Shown here piece after piece: positions 9,076 through 18,596 of a stretch of 61,490 bases of DNA. The stretch comes from a bacterium (lineage in GTDB: Bacteria; JAMCPX01), in the NCBI GenBank assembly GCA_037439545.1, contig JBBIVV010000008.1, forward strand, positions 1-61,490, written 5' to 3'. The notes under the pieces were generated by a model. The model was not told the DNA's origin and made no database searches. It saw nothing but the letters and a program-made list of their open reading frames with translations. How positions within the stretch are numbered: the first letter of the stretch is position 1; the number at the start of each line of letters is the position of its first letter. The position numbers and the translations under genes are program-made.

Positions 9076-10485
9076 ATGGATTATGACATCTGTATAATCG
9101 GCGGAGGTCCTGCAGGCTATCTTGCGGGCATAAGGGCTGCCCAGCTCGGGGCAAAGACCGCTGTCATAGAAATGGATGAGCTTGGAGGCGTATGCACGAA
9201 CCGCGGATGTATACCGACGAAAGCACTGCTCGAGGTGTCCGCACCGATCCTGTCGTCTGAAAAATGGAGCGATATGGGCGTCGGTGTCCGATGCAGTCTC
9301 AATATCAAAACAGCCATGACAAGGATGAATGATGTGGTGGGATATATAAGGGCAGGGATTAAGGCGCTCCTGGACTCCAATGGGGTAGATATAATTAAAG
9401 GTAAAGCCCGGTTTATAGACAGATATACGTTGAAGATAAATGATTCACAGACGGTCAGTTCAAAATTCATTCTTATCGCATCAGGATCCAGTCCCGCTCT
9501 GCCTGAAATTGAAGGGATAAAACAGGAAGGGGTCTTTTCCAGCGATGGCATCTTTACGATGAAGGAGGTCCCTGAAAGAGTTGCGATAATCGGCGGCGGG
9601 GCTATAGGTATTGAATATGCAACCATAGTAAAGTCGTTCGGGGCAAAGAAGGTGGTTCTGATTGAATTCATGGACAGACTTCTGCCGCTTATGGATCCGG
9701 ACATCGGTTCCTACGAAAAAGATGTAATGGAAAAGCTCGGTATAGATATCGTCCTGTCTCATAAAGCATCGAGAATCTCATCGTCCGGAAAGGGCATGAA
9801 ACTCGATCTTGAGCCTTCTTCCGGCAGCACTGCGGGCAGGAGTACGGGGCCCGTGGATGTTGACAGGATCTTTGTGGTCACAGGACGGAAACCCAATACT
9901 GCCGGACTTGGATTGGAGGCCATCGGCGTGTCTGCATCAAAGAATTGGATCGATGTGAACAGGGCAATGCGTACCAGTGTGGATAACGTATACGCTGCAG
10001 GCGATGTCAACGGAATAAAGCTCCTTGCTCATGCGGCATTCCACCAGGGGATGATCGCAGTCGAGAACATGCTCGGAGCAAAAAAGATTTTTGAGCCCCT
10101 GTTGGTGCCTTCCGTGGTATATTCAAAACCTCCGGTTGCCATGATCGGCATGGACGAGAGGGCGGCACAAAAGGCAGGCATGAACATACGGACAGGAATA
10201 TTCGATCTTGCAAACAGCCCCATGGCGCTTGTGCACGGAGAGCCTTCAGGATTTATGAAAATTTTATCGGATAAAAAGTATGGACTGGTGCTTGGCGCCT
10301 CAATTGCAGGAGAGGCGGCACATGAGCTTATTGCTGTATTTGCCGGAGGAATTGCCGGTGAGATGACCGTTGACGAGCTGAGAAAAGCCGTCTTTGCACA
10401 CCCGAGTCTTTCGGAGGGAATTGCTGAAGCAGCGTGGGCTGTAGACGGGTTATCGCAGCACGCACTCAAAAAAGGGACCTCATGA
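9076..10485 (+). CDS. lpdA: Dihydrolipoyl dehydrogenase E3
   Basis: GGGPAGY, GGVCTNRGCIPTK, C-terminal HPSLSE; start moved to ATG 9076 behind GGAG. Confidence 0.92.
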   Translation: MDYDICIIGGGPAGYLAGIRAAQLGAKTAVIEMDELGGVCTNRGCIPTKALLEVSAPILSSEKWSDMGVGVRCSLNIKTAMTRMNDVVGYIRAGIKALLDSNGVDIIKGKARFIDRYTLKINDSQTVSSKFILIASGSSPALPEIEGIKQEGVFSSDGIFTMKEVPERVAIIGGGAIGIEYATIVKSFGAKKVVLIEFMDRLLPLMDPDIGSYEKDVMEKLGIDIVLSHKASRISSSGKGMKLDLEPSSGSTAGRSTGPVDVDRIFVVTGRKPNTAGLGLEAIGVSASKNWIDVNRAMRTSVDNVYAAGDVNGIKLLAHAAFHQGMIAVENMLGAKKIFEPLLVPSVVYSKPPVAMIGMDERAAQKAGMNIRTGIFDLANSPMALVHGEPSGFMKILSDKKYGLVLGASIAGEAAHELIAVFAGGIAGEMTVDELRKAVFAHPSLSEGIAEAAWAVDGLSQHALKKGTS

Positions 10486-11135
10486 GAAAACTCCGTATTA
10501 TCGATCTCAACACAATGGATTATGGTCGGGCTATGGAAGTTATGCAGAACGTGAGGGATGAGGTTGAAAACGGCGAGGACGATGCTCTCTTATTAGTAGA
10601 ACACAACCCTGTCATAACCATTGGATCCGATGGCAGCGCATACAGCGTACTTGACGAAGCATATGTAAAAAGAAAAAGTATACCCGTAGTCCTTGTTGAT
10701 CGCGGAGGCGGGGCGGTTGCACATAACAACGGACAGCTTGTAGGGTATCCGGTGATGAAGTTATCGAACATGCCTCTGGATCTGCTCACAGTCATCGTCG
10801 ATACCATGGCTGATGTTGCCGCAGAATTTGATGTAAAATCGAAAAAAGGGGCTGAACCGGGACTATGGGTGTCTGACCGCAAAATAGGCTTCGTAGGTAT
10901 GAAAATACAAAATAGGATCTCAACGCACGGGTTCGCCTTGAATGTGTCAAACGACCTCGATATTTTTCAAATCATAGAAACGTGCGGCGTAAAAAATGAG
11001 AAGGTCACGAACTTGATGATCTCGATGAAAAAGATGATCTCTATGGATCAGGTCAAACATGTGTTTATATCCAAATTCTCGAGAAGATTCGATTATATTC
11101 CCGATAAGTTTATAATAAAAGAAAGCAATGAATAA
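10482..11135 (+). CDS. lipB: Octanoyltransferase LipB
   Basis: LLLVEH.PV.T.G, DRGG..HNNGQLVGYP, KIG, HGFALNV, TCG; ATGA overlap with lpdA. Confidence 0.85.
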   Translation: MRKLRIIDLNTMDYGRAMEVMQNVRDEVENGEDDALLLVEHNPVITIGSDGSAYSVLDEAYVKRKSIPVVLVDRGGGAVAHNNGQLVGYPVMKLSNMPLDLLTVIVDTMADVAAEFDVKSKKGAEPGLWVSDRKIGFVGMKIQNRISTHGFALNVSNDLDIFQIIETCGVKNEKVTNLMISMKKMISMDQVKHVFISKFSRRFDYIPDKFIIKESNE

Positions 11136-11994
11136 CAGAGACTCTATCACCATGCCCGGCTGGATCACGGTACGATGCAATGAGAACAAAATTAAACCTG
11201 TTGCAGATTATCTTGAGCACAACAGCATTAATACCGTGTGTGAAAGCGCCGTATGCCCGAACAGGTGGACGTGTTATGCGGACAAAGAACTTACCTTCAT
11301 GATACTCGGTGAAAGGTGCACGCGGCAGTGCGGCTTTTGCGGTGTTTCAAAAGGTATTCCGGAAAAGGTTGACACTCATGAGTATGAGTCAATACTCGAC
11401 ACGATAAGGTGGCTTGGGGCTGATTATACGGTAATAACATCGGTTACGAGGGATGACCTTCCCGACCGAGGGGCATATCAGTTCGCAAAAGTTATCGGAA
11501 CCCTGAAGGGCATAGGTACTCATGTTGAAGTGCTTATCCCTGATTTCGACGGGGATGAATCATTGATAAAAACGGTGATCAATGCGGGTCCGGATATCAT
11601 CGGGCACAACATGGAGACAGTATACGGTTTGTATCCCTCGATAAGGCCCTTGTCGGATTATGGCACAAGCCTTTCCGTTCTTGAGACTATAAAAAAGCTG
11701 CAAAAGGGCATGATAACAAAATCCGGAATCATGCTCGGGTTCGGTGAACGTATGAGAGAGGTAAAAGAGCTTATGCAGGATATAAGATCAACGGACTGTG
11801 AAATGCTGACCATCGGGCAGTACCTCAAGCCTGCGCCGGAGAATACGGACGTCAAAGCTTACCTGCATCCGGAGGTTTTCAAGATGCTCGAGGAGTATGG
11901 TTACAAGCTCGGGTTTAAAGCGGTTTATTCATCTCCGTTTACAAGAAGCTCTTTTCATGCAAGAGATATGTGGATGAAGGCTTTAAGAAATTAA
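11128..11994 (+). CDS. lipA: Lipoyl synthase (cluster-dedicated copy)
   Basis: CX4CX5C (CESAVCPNRWTC), radical-SAM CTRQCGFC, C-terminal RSSF. Confidence 0.92.
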   Translation: MNNRDSITMPGWITVRCNENKIKPVADYLEHNSINTVCESAVCPNRWTCYADKELTFMILGERCTRQCGFCGVSKGIPEKVDTHEYESILDTIRWLGADYTVITSVTRDDLPDRGAYQFAKVIGTLKGIGTHVEVLIPDFDGDESLIKTVINAGPDIIGHNMETVYGLYPSIRPLSDYGTSLSVLETIKKLQKGMITKSGIMLGFGERMREVKELMQDIRSTDCEMLTIGQYLKPAPENTDVKAYLHPEVFKMLEEYGYKLGFKAVYSSPFTRSSFHARDMWMKALRN

Positions 11995-12009
11995 TTAAAA
12001 GGAGATTAT

Positions 12010-12456
12010 ATGCTGAAGAAAGACATTTCCAAGACTTTTATCTGGCTTGAGGTAGTGGTCGCCGCACTGACGCTCGTTTACTGGGTATTATTCTTCTTCG
12101 TTTCCGATAGTGTGCAGTCATTCCCGAATGAGCCAAGCTATATGATCTTCGAGAAGACCTTCGTAGCTGCAGATGTGTGGATGACCCTGGCATTTTTCCT
12201 ATCCGCATGGTATCTGATGAAAAAAGATCCAAAAGGCGTACTCTGGGGGATTATTGCAGGGGGCACATTTATTTATCTCGGGTTCATGGATTCGTTGTAT
12301 AACCTGGAGAACGGCAAATACGCATTCATCTTTTACGGCAACAGCAGTCAAGTAGGCATGATATTTGAGCTCGTCATTAATCTTGCGAGTTTTATCTTCG
12401 GCGCAATCACGATCAATTATGTGTGGAAACTGATCAAGTCGGAGGGAAGCAAATAA
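12010..12456 (+). CDS. Hypothetical integral membrane protein (about 4 TM)
   Basis: Four hydrophobic stretches, strong SD AAGGAG, in operon. Confidence 0.75.
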   Translation: MLKKDISKTFIWLEVVVAALTLVYWVLFFFVSDSVQSFPNEPSYMIFEKTFVAADVWMTLAFFLSAWYLMKKDPKGVLWGIIAGGTFIYLGFMDSLYNLENGKYAFIFYGNSSQVGMIFELVINLASFIFGAITINYVWKLIKSEGSK

Positions 12457-12477
12457 TATGAAACAAGAGGAGATACT

Positions 12478-14220
12478 TTGATGCCAAACGACGTTATAAC
12501 ACCTATAGAATTCGCTTCACTTCCCGATGGAAGGATTAAAAGGGTAGGAAGACTCAACCTTTTAACATTAAACGGCAGTGCCTATGATATGGGATATCAG
12601 CATGGCGTTATAGCAAAGGAACTATATCTAAGGGGCTTGATTAGATTTTTTGCGAGATTTCTCAGAACATTGAGGCTTGGACTCGAGGACATGATAACAT
12701 CCGTTTATATCCGTAAACAGGCGGGCAGACTCTTCGAGAAATATGTAAAGATACTGGAGTACAACATGGGCAAAAGGTACACGGATTTTATACTTGATGA
12801 GATGAAAGGTTTTGCTGCCGGCAGCGAAGAGTCGTATGGGCTTTTGAAAGGTCTCATGGCAATGCCCGATGTCTTGCAGATATTGCTTGCACGAGGGTTG
12901 TCGCACACGGCTGCCAATTCTATTGCGGCACTGAACCTTGGATGTTCAAGCGCCGCTGTGTGGGGCGATGCTACGGCAGACGGGGGCTTTATATACGGCA
13001 GGAACCTCGATTTCTTCGATGATCATTCCATGGATACCAATCCTGCGATAATCCTTTATAAGCCGGACAAAGGTATGAAGTATGCCGCTTTTAGTTTCCT
13101 CGGTGTACCGGGTGGAGGCATTACCGGTATCAACGAGGCGGGTATCACCGTTGCATTGCACATAATGCTGAGCAAGAGTGTCACAAGTTATTCGACGCCT
13201 ATTATGAACATAGCAAATGAGATCATGAGGAATGCCGAAAGCACAGATGATGCGGTAAAGATTGCACGATCATACCGGTTTTCTTCAGGCTGGGGTATTG
13301 TTGTTACCGATGCAAAACATAAAGATGCGATTGTCATAGAAGCGTCGTCAAAACATATCCTGCCGAGAAAAGGCTCTTCTACATTCATCATTAATACCAA
13401 TCACTATAATACCGAACTTCTTAAAAAGAGAGAATATGATTACAGCGTTTCAACGACAGCTTCAACAACAGGAAGGTATAAGAGGGCAGAGGAAATCATT
13501 CGGGAGAAACATGGTAAATTCACTGTCGATGATATGGTGTTGCTCCTCGGAGATCACCTCGAATACTACACAAGAAGAGAGAGAGCTCTTGGCAGTACCA
13601 TAACCGCGGTTCACAATGTGCTCGCTCTCGTTATGGAGCCTGAAGAACTGAAGATATGGATGTCACACGGTGATGCGCCTTCCAATAATTCTGATTTTAT
13701 CGGCGTCGATCTGAAAAGCTGGATGGGCGGTGACCTCAAAATGCTCGGTGTCAAGCCTCCCAACCCTTATGCAAGCACATACAGTTTTGCGGCCTTTAAA
13801 GAACATTATGAGCAGGCATACCAGAAGTATTTCTATCACAACGATATACCCGGTGCGCTCGAAGAGCTCGAACGGCTTACGCAGAAAGACCCGCAGGAAC
13901 CGATCTACCTTATGCTCAAAGGACAGCTCTATCTTAAGGTACGCAGATTCAATGAAGCCATCGAAGCCTTCGATAAGGCTATTCCTATGCCCGATATACC
14001 GCACAGAACAGCAGTAAGTATGCTCTGGAAGGCACGAACACAGGACATCCTCGGTAAGCGGGGGGATGCGTTAAAGCTTTATGGCGCTCTAAGCTCCATG
14101 AGCGGCATCGGTGCAAACCTCAGAAAAGCCGCACAAAAAGGTTTGAAGCACCGGTATAAAGAATCGAAGATCAAAAAGCATGATCTGGATTTTGTATTTT
14201 CGGACAATACGGAATATTGA
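12478..14220 (+). CDS. C45-family Ntn hydrolase/acyltransferase with C-terminal TPR
   Basis: G|CSSAAVWG..T.DG..I.GRNLD autoproteolysis motif, GINEAG, TNHY, GRY.R; TPR-like C-terminus. Confidence 0.8.
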   Translation: MMPNDVITPIEFASLPDGRIKRVGRLNLLTLNGSAYDMGYQHGVIAKELYLRGLIRFFARFLRTLRLGLEDMITSVYIRKQAGRLFEKYVKILEYNMGKRYTDFILDEMKGFAAGSEESYGLLKGLMAMPDVLQILLARGLSHTAANSIAALNLGCSSAAVWGDATADGGFIYGRNLDFFDDHSMDTNPAIILYKPDKGMKYAAFSFLGVPGGGITGINEAGITVALHIMLSKSVTSYSTPIMNIANEIMRNAESTDDAVKIARSYRFSSGWGIVVTDAKHKDAIVIEASSKHILPRKGSSTFIINTNHYNTELLKKREYDYSVSTTASTTGRYKRAEEIIREKHGKFTVDDMVLLLGDHLEYYTRRERALGSTITAVHNVLALVMEPEELKIWMSHGDAPSNNSDFIGVDLKSWMGGDLKMLGVKPPNPYASTYSFAAFKEHYEQAYQKYFYHNDIPGALEELERLTQKDPQEPIYLMLKGQLYLKVRRFNEAIEAFDKAIPMPDIPHRTAVSMLWKARTQDILGKRGDALKLYGALSSMSGIGANLRKAAQKGLKHRYKESKIKKHDLDFVFSDNTEY

Positions 14221-14337
14221 GCCGGGTATGATGAGTGGTAACATTTTTTAATTTTTTGACTTTTATCGAATAAATTATATATTTAATACTACAAGGTTTG
14301 ACATTCGTTTTGTTTTTATGATTTACTCCGCATACTT

Positions 14338-14898
14338 ATGAAGATTATAAAATATATTTTTACCATAGCAGTATTGATAGGGCTGACTGCCTTTGTGCTC
14401 ATGCGTGTGATCCCTAAAAATCAGGCACCGCATCGCATGAAACAGGATAATGCTTCTCAGGGTCCTTCAGAGAGTGGTGTCGTCCCGTCATTCACGCTGC
14501 AGAATATGAGTGGAGATGATAAATCGCTGTCCGATTATAATAATAAATTGATCCTTGTGAATTTCTGGGCAAGCTGGTGCGGTCCATGCAATGAAGAAGC
14601 ACCGTCCCTTGAATCCCTGTATAAAAAATTACAATCAAAAGGGATAATGGTGGTCGCAATAAGTATTGATCGGCACAGAAAAGAAGTGTCGTCATTTGTT
14701 AAGAAGTATTCTATAACATTCCCGGTATTGATAGATCGGGATGAACAGGTCGCACAAGCGTATGGTATAACAGGTGTACCCGAAACCTTTATACTAACCC
14801 CGGATCATAAGCTGATAAAACATATCATCGGACCCATTAACTGGACATCGGAGAGTGTCATAAGCTACCTGCATACGCTCATTGAGGAGGGAAAATGA
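14338..14898 (+). CDS. TlpA/ResA-family thiol-disulfide oxidoreductase
   Basis: N-terminal TM, NFWASWCGPC, GVPETF. Confidence 0.9.
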   Translation: MKIIKYIFTIAVLIGLTAFVLMRVIPKNQAPHRMKQDNASQGPSESGVVPSFTLQNMSGDDKSLSDYNNKLILVNFWASWCGPCNEEAPSLESLYKKLQSKGIMVVAISIDRHRKEVSSFVKKYSITFPVLIDRDEQVAQAYGITGVPETFILTPDHKLIKHIIGPINWTSESVISYLHTLIEEGK

Positions 14899-15494
14899 CA
14901 ACAAAGGAAAGGACTCTTGGCAGGAGCGGACTGATTATAATAGCATCGATCATCGGTGTCATGATGATCATAGGAGTGATCGGTTATATAAGCGGTAAAG
15001 TCTCCAACACCACGGCATCTACGGACGGTTCTCAATCATCGGACAATCAAGGTCCTGTTGAGAATGCAATGGCACCTGATTTTAAGCTCACGACCGTCGA
15101 CAACAAAGATATTCGATTGTCGGATTACAGGGGGAAAGTCGTATTTCTTAACTTCTGGGCAACATGGTGTCCTCCCTGCAGGATGGAACTGCCTTCAATG
15201 GAGAAGCTCTCGGAAAAATTGAAGGGCCGGCCATTTGTCGTCCTTGCCGTTAATGTCGATGAAAGTAATCCAGACAATGTTAAATCGTTTGTCCGGCAGA
15301 TGGACCTCACCATGCCTGTCCTTGTAGATAACGGCTCTGCTTCGGACAAATACAGAGTAAATGCAATCCCGACAACATTTATCATAAAAAAGGATGGAGT
15401 AATATACTCCATAGTAAACGGAGCTCGTTCATGGGATGAGCAGAGTTATGTTGATGCCTTTGATAAGCTCATCGCAGAGCCATATAAAAAGTAA
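14895..15494 (+). CDS. TlpA/ResA-family thiol-disulfide oxidoreductase
   Basis: N-terminal TM, NFWATWCPPC, AIPTTF. Confidence 0.9.
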   Translation: MTTKERTLGRSGLIIIASIIGVMMIIGVIGYISGKVSNTTASTDGSQSSDNQGPVENAMAPDFKLTTVDNKDIRLSDYRGKVVFLNFWATWCPPCRMELPSMEKLSEKLKGRPFVVLAVNVDESNPDNVKSFVRQMDLTMPVLVDNGSASDKYRVNAIPTTFIIKKDGVIYSIVNGARSWDEQSYVDAFDKLIAEPYKK

Positions 15495-15496
15495 GC

Positions 15497-16240
15497 ATGC
15501 TTGAATCGAACAATGTCTCAATAGTTATAGCCTTTGTTGCAGGATTACTGTCATTCGTATCACCGTGTGTGCTGCCGTTAATACCTTCCTACATAACCTA
15601 CATAACAGGCCTCTCGTTCGAGGATTTTAAAGAAGAAAATAAGGCTGCTGTAAGAAGATTGACCATAGTCCATTCGTTGATATTTATTGCGGGATTTACG
15701 ATGGTATTCGTGGCTCTTGGCGCATCGGCGACCTCGATAGGAAATATTTTTAGCAGGTATAAAGAAACGATCAGAATTGCCGGCGGCATCATAGTGATCA
15801 TATTCGGTATACATATAGCGGGACTTATAAACCTTAAATTCCTGGAGAGCGAGAAGAAGGTCCGTCTTAAAAATAAACCCGCAGGTTATTTCGGCACACT
15901 GCTCGTAGGTATCACATTCGGTGCAGGCTGGACTCCCTGTATAGGACCTATACTCGGTTCTATTCTTTATATCGCAATAAACATGAAGACCGTGTATTCG
16001 GGAATACTCCTGCTGACGGCATATTCATTGGGCATCGGTGTTCCCTTTTTCCTGTCATCTCTTGCTATCAACAGCTTCCTTGTCTACTTTAAAAAGTTCA
16101 GAAAATACATAAAAGCCGTAACGATAGCCTCAGGTGTATTTCTTATCCTTATCGGTGTGCTTCTTGTCAGCAACCGATTTGTAAGCGTATCGAACTATTT
16201 TCAGCAGTTAATGCCCAACATAAGCATTGGAGCCAAATAG
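15497..16240 (+). CDS. ccdA: Cytochrome c biogenesis protein CcdA
   Basis: SFVSPCVLPLIP and GWTPCIGPILG. Confidence 0.92.
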   Translation: MLESNNVSIVIAFVAGLLSFVSPCVLPLIPSYITYITGLSFEDFKEENKAAVRRLTIVHSLIFIAGFTMVFVALGASATSIGNIFSRYKETIRIAGGIIVIIFGIHIAGLINLKFLESEKKVRLKNKPAGYFGTLLVGITFGAGWTPCIGPILGSILYIAINMKTVYSGILLLTAYSLGIGVPFFLSSLAINSFLVYFKKFRKYIKAVTIASGVFLILIGVLLVSNRFVSVSNYFQQLMPNISIGAK

Positions 16241-16251
16241 TTAAATTCCTT

Positions 16252-18588
16252 TTATGCCTTTTTTACCAGCAGCCTGAAATGGGTGTCGTCGAGCTTATCG
16301 ATCGAAACTATGGTGTTCCCGTCATCCTCGAGACTTCTCGGAACGTTCGTTATGGGTTCACCCTCATCGAGATATATCTCGAGATCATCGCCGCTTGTCA
16401 GCTCTTCAAGCTTTAATTTCGCCTTGACATAATTGTAAGGGCATTTAACACCCTTTAAATCGAGTATCTCTTTTGACATCTTAACCTCTACTTTATCTGT
16501 CCCCTTTATTGACCTGCCGCTGAGTAATGCGTCATCGAACGATTCTGTGATCTGCCTGATCCGGTGGATAGCATTTCTTGCATCTTTGACCGTTTGCCTC
16601 GCATCGGCAGATTCATCATTGGTATACAGCTTCTTGTAGATAGTTTCAATTGAAGCATCTATAGTGCCATCTTTTTTCAGTCCTGCGACATGAGTACTTA
16701 ACTCAGCACCGATCGTATCCGGGTCTACCCCCTGCATGATGAGCAAGGCCTGAAGAGCATAAGTCATGGCGGTCTTCGCCTGATCAGCGGCTTGCGGTCC
16801 AAGGCTGCGGTTCGCATATATATCTGCATCCATTATCTTTGTTTCCGCGCGGTTCAGGTATATCTCTATGGTATCGACGACACCGCCGGCGCATTCACCC
16901 TTACCGATGTCCTTAATGCTGAAAGGCTCATCCATACCATAATCGTAATAGAACTCCGGTACGCGATCATATTCAGGAAGATACGAATACATGAGAAGTT
17001 CTTCCGTTAATTTATCTTCTCCGTATCTGACAATCCAATTATTGAATGATTCATCGACCTGCTTTGTGCCTTTATACAGAGTAATAAGTTTTTTTGTTAA
17101 GGCAGGAATATGTTTCGCAGGTATCTTGAGGAACGGTTTTGCAACGGTGAAGCCTTGTTCTTTTCCATTTCCGCCAAGGTATAACTGATAGAACGGAGCG
17201 TGTCTTTCACCTATGCGTCTTGCCATACCGCTGAAACCGATATTGCCGATGTAATGCTGTGCACACGAATTCGGGCATCCGCATACCCTTATGGCAATAG
17301 CGGATAAGTCTCCTTCGGGATTCTCATTGAATTCATCCTGTATAGCCTGTGCGAGTCCCTGGGAACGGGCTATGCCGAGATTACATGTTTTAGCTCCAGG
17401 GCAGCTTACCATATTGAGTAATGTATTCTTCGTCGCGATCAATCCGATCTGATCGAGCTCATGATATACGTTATTCAGGTTGTCGGTGCTTATCCACGGT
17501 ATGATAAGATTCTGATCAAGCAAACTCCTTATTTCACCGCTGCCATACATGCGGGACAGCCTTGCAATATCTCTTAGCTGTCGTGAAGTTGTATCGCCAA
17601 AAGGAAGATTAACGATTACAGCACAATACCCTTCCTGCTTCTGATATGTCACATCATGTTTGATCCATGCCGCCATGCTTTCTTCAATTCCCGAACTCCC
17701 TAACCCATGAATTCCGTTATCCGCGGTATTAATTAAGGATACGGAAACAGGATCATGTTCTCCATATATATCTTTAACTACGGAGAACTCTTTTTCAATC
17801 AATGCTTTTACCGTGTCAAACCCTTTTTCTTCAAATACATACTTTAATCTTGCCATATTCCGGTTAGTTCTGTTCCCATACCTGTCAAATATTCTTACGA
17901 CCGCATCGGCAAATTGAACAGTTTCATTATAGTCAATAAAATCCTTTACAAGGTAAGCTGGTCTCGGGTGCCCGCCAAGTCCTCCGCCGGCATATACCTT
18001 AAAGCCGGGCACTCCATTACTCACAGTTGCAATGAACCCTATGTCATTGATTTTGCCATACGCACAGTCATCGCTGCATCCGCTGAACGAGATCTTAAAC
18101 TTTCTCGGAAGGTTCTGACACAGCGGATTACGTAAAAAATGCGCTGTTGTTTCGTGCGCAATAGCGGATGTGTCGAACAGTTCTTTCGAACATATACCCG
18201 CAAGAGGGCAGGAGGTAATATTTCTGACCGAATTGCCGCAAGCCTCTCTTGTTGTAATACCGACCTCTGCATAAGCCGATAGTATGTCAAACACATCATT
18301 CAGGGCAACCCAGTGTATCTGGATATCCTGCCTGGTCGTCAGATGTGCAATGCTGCGTGCATACTTTTCCGCCACATCAGCGATGCGTTCAAGCTGGTAA
18401 TCAAAGATCCTGCCCTGGGGCAATTTCGTTCTTACCATATAAAACCCCGGCTGCCTCTGACTGTATATACCCTGATTAAGCCGCAGCAGCTTAAACTTTT
18501 CTTCGCTGATAGTGCCTGAGAGGAACCGGTCTATCTGGATCTTAAACTCGTCTATTTCACTTCTTACAAATTCTTTTAAAATATGCAT
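16252..18588 (-). CDS. Siroheme sulfite/nitrite reductase with HEPN-like and C-terminal TusA domains
   Basis: GIYSQRQ, HLTTRQDIQ, LPRKFK, CPGAKTC...GCPNSC, GKGECAG, C-terminal LDLKGVKCPYNYVK. Confidence 0.88.
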   Translation of the reverse strand: MHILKEFVRSEIDEFKIQIDRFLSGTISEEKFKLLRLNQGIYSQRQPGFYMVRTKLPQGRIFDYQLERIADVAEKYARSIAHLTTRQDIQIHWVALNDVFDILSAYAEVGITTREACGNSVRNITSCPLAGICSKELFDTSAIAHETTAHFLRNPLCQNLPRKFKISFSGCSDDCAYGKINDIGFIATVSNGVPGFKVYAGGGLGGHPRPAYLVKDFIDYNETVQFADAVVRIFDRYGNRTNRNMARLKYVFEEKGFDTVKALIEKEFSVVKDIYGEHDPVSVSLINTADNGIHGLGSSGIEESMAAWIKHDVTYQKQEGYCAVIVNLPFGDTTSRQLRDIARLSRMYGSGEIRSLLDQNLIIPWISTDNLNNVYHELDQIGLIATKNTLLNMVSCPGAKTCNLGIARSQGLAQAIQDEFNENPEGDLSAIAIRVCGCPNSCAQHYIGNIGFSGMARRIGERHAPFYQLYLGGNGKEQGFTVAKPFLKIPAKHIPALTKKLITLYKGTKQVDESFNNWIVRYGEDKLTEELLMYSYLPEYDRVPEFYYDYGMDEPFSIKDIGKGECAGGVVDTIEIYLNRAETKIMDADIYANRSLGPQAADQAKTAMTYALQALLIMQGVDPDTIGAELSTHVAGLKKDGTIDASIETIYKKLYTNDESADARQTVKDARNAIHRIRQITESFDDALLSGRSIKGTDKVEVKMSKEILDLKGVKCPYNYVKAKLKLEELTSGDDLEIYLDEGEPITNVPRSLEDDGNTIVSIDKLDDTHFRLLVKKA

Positions 18589-18596
18589 AAACCCCC

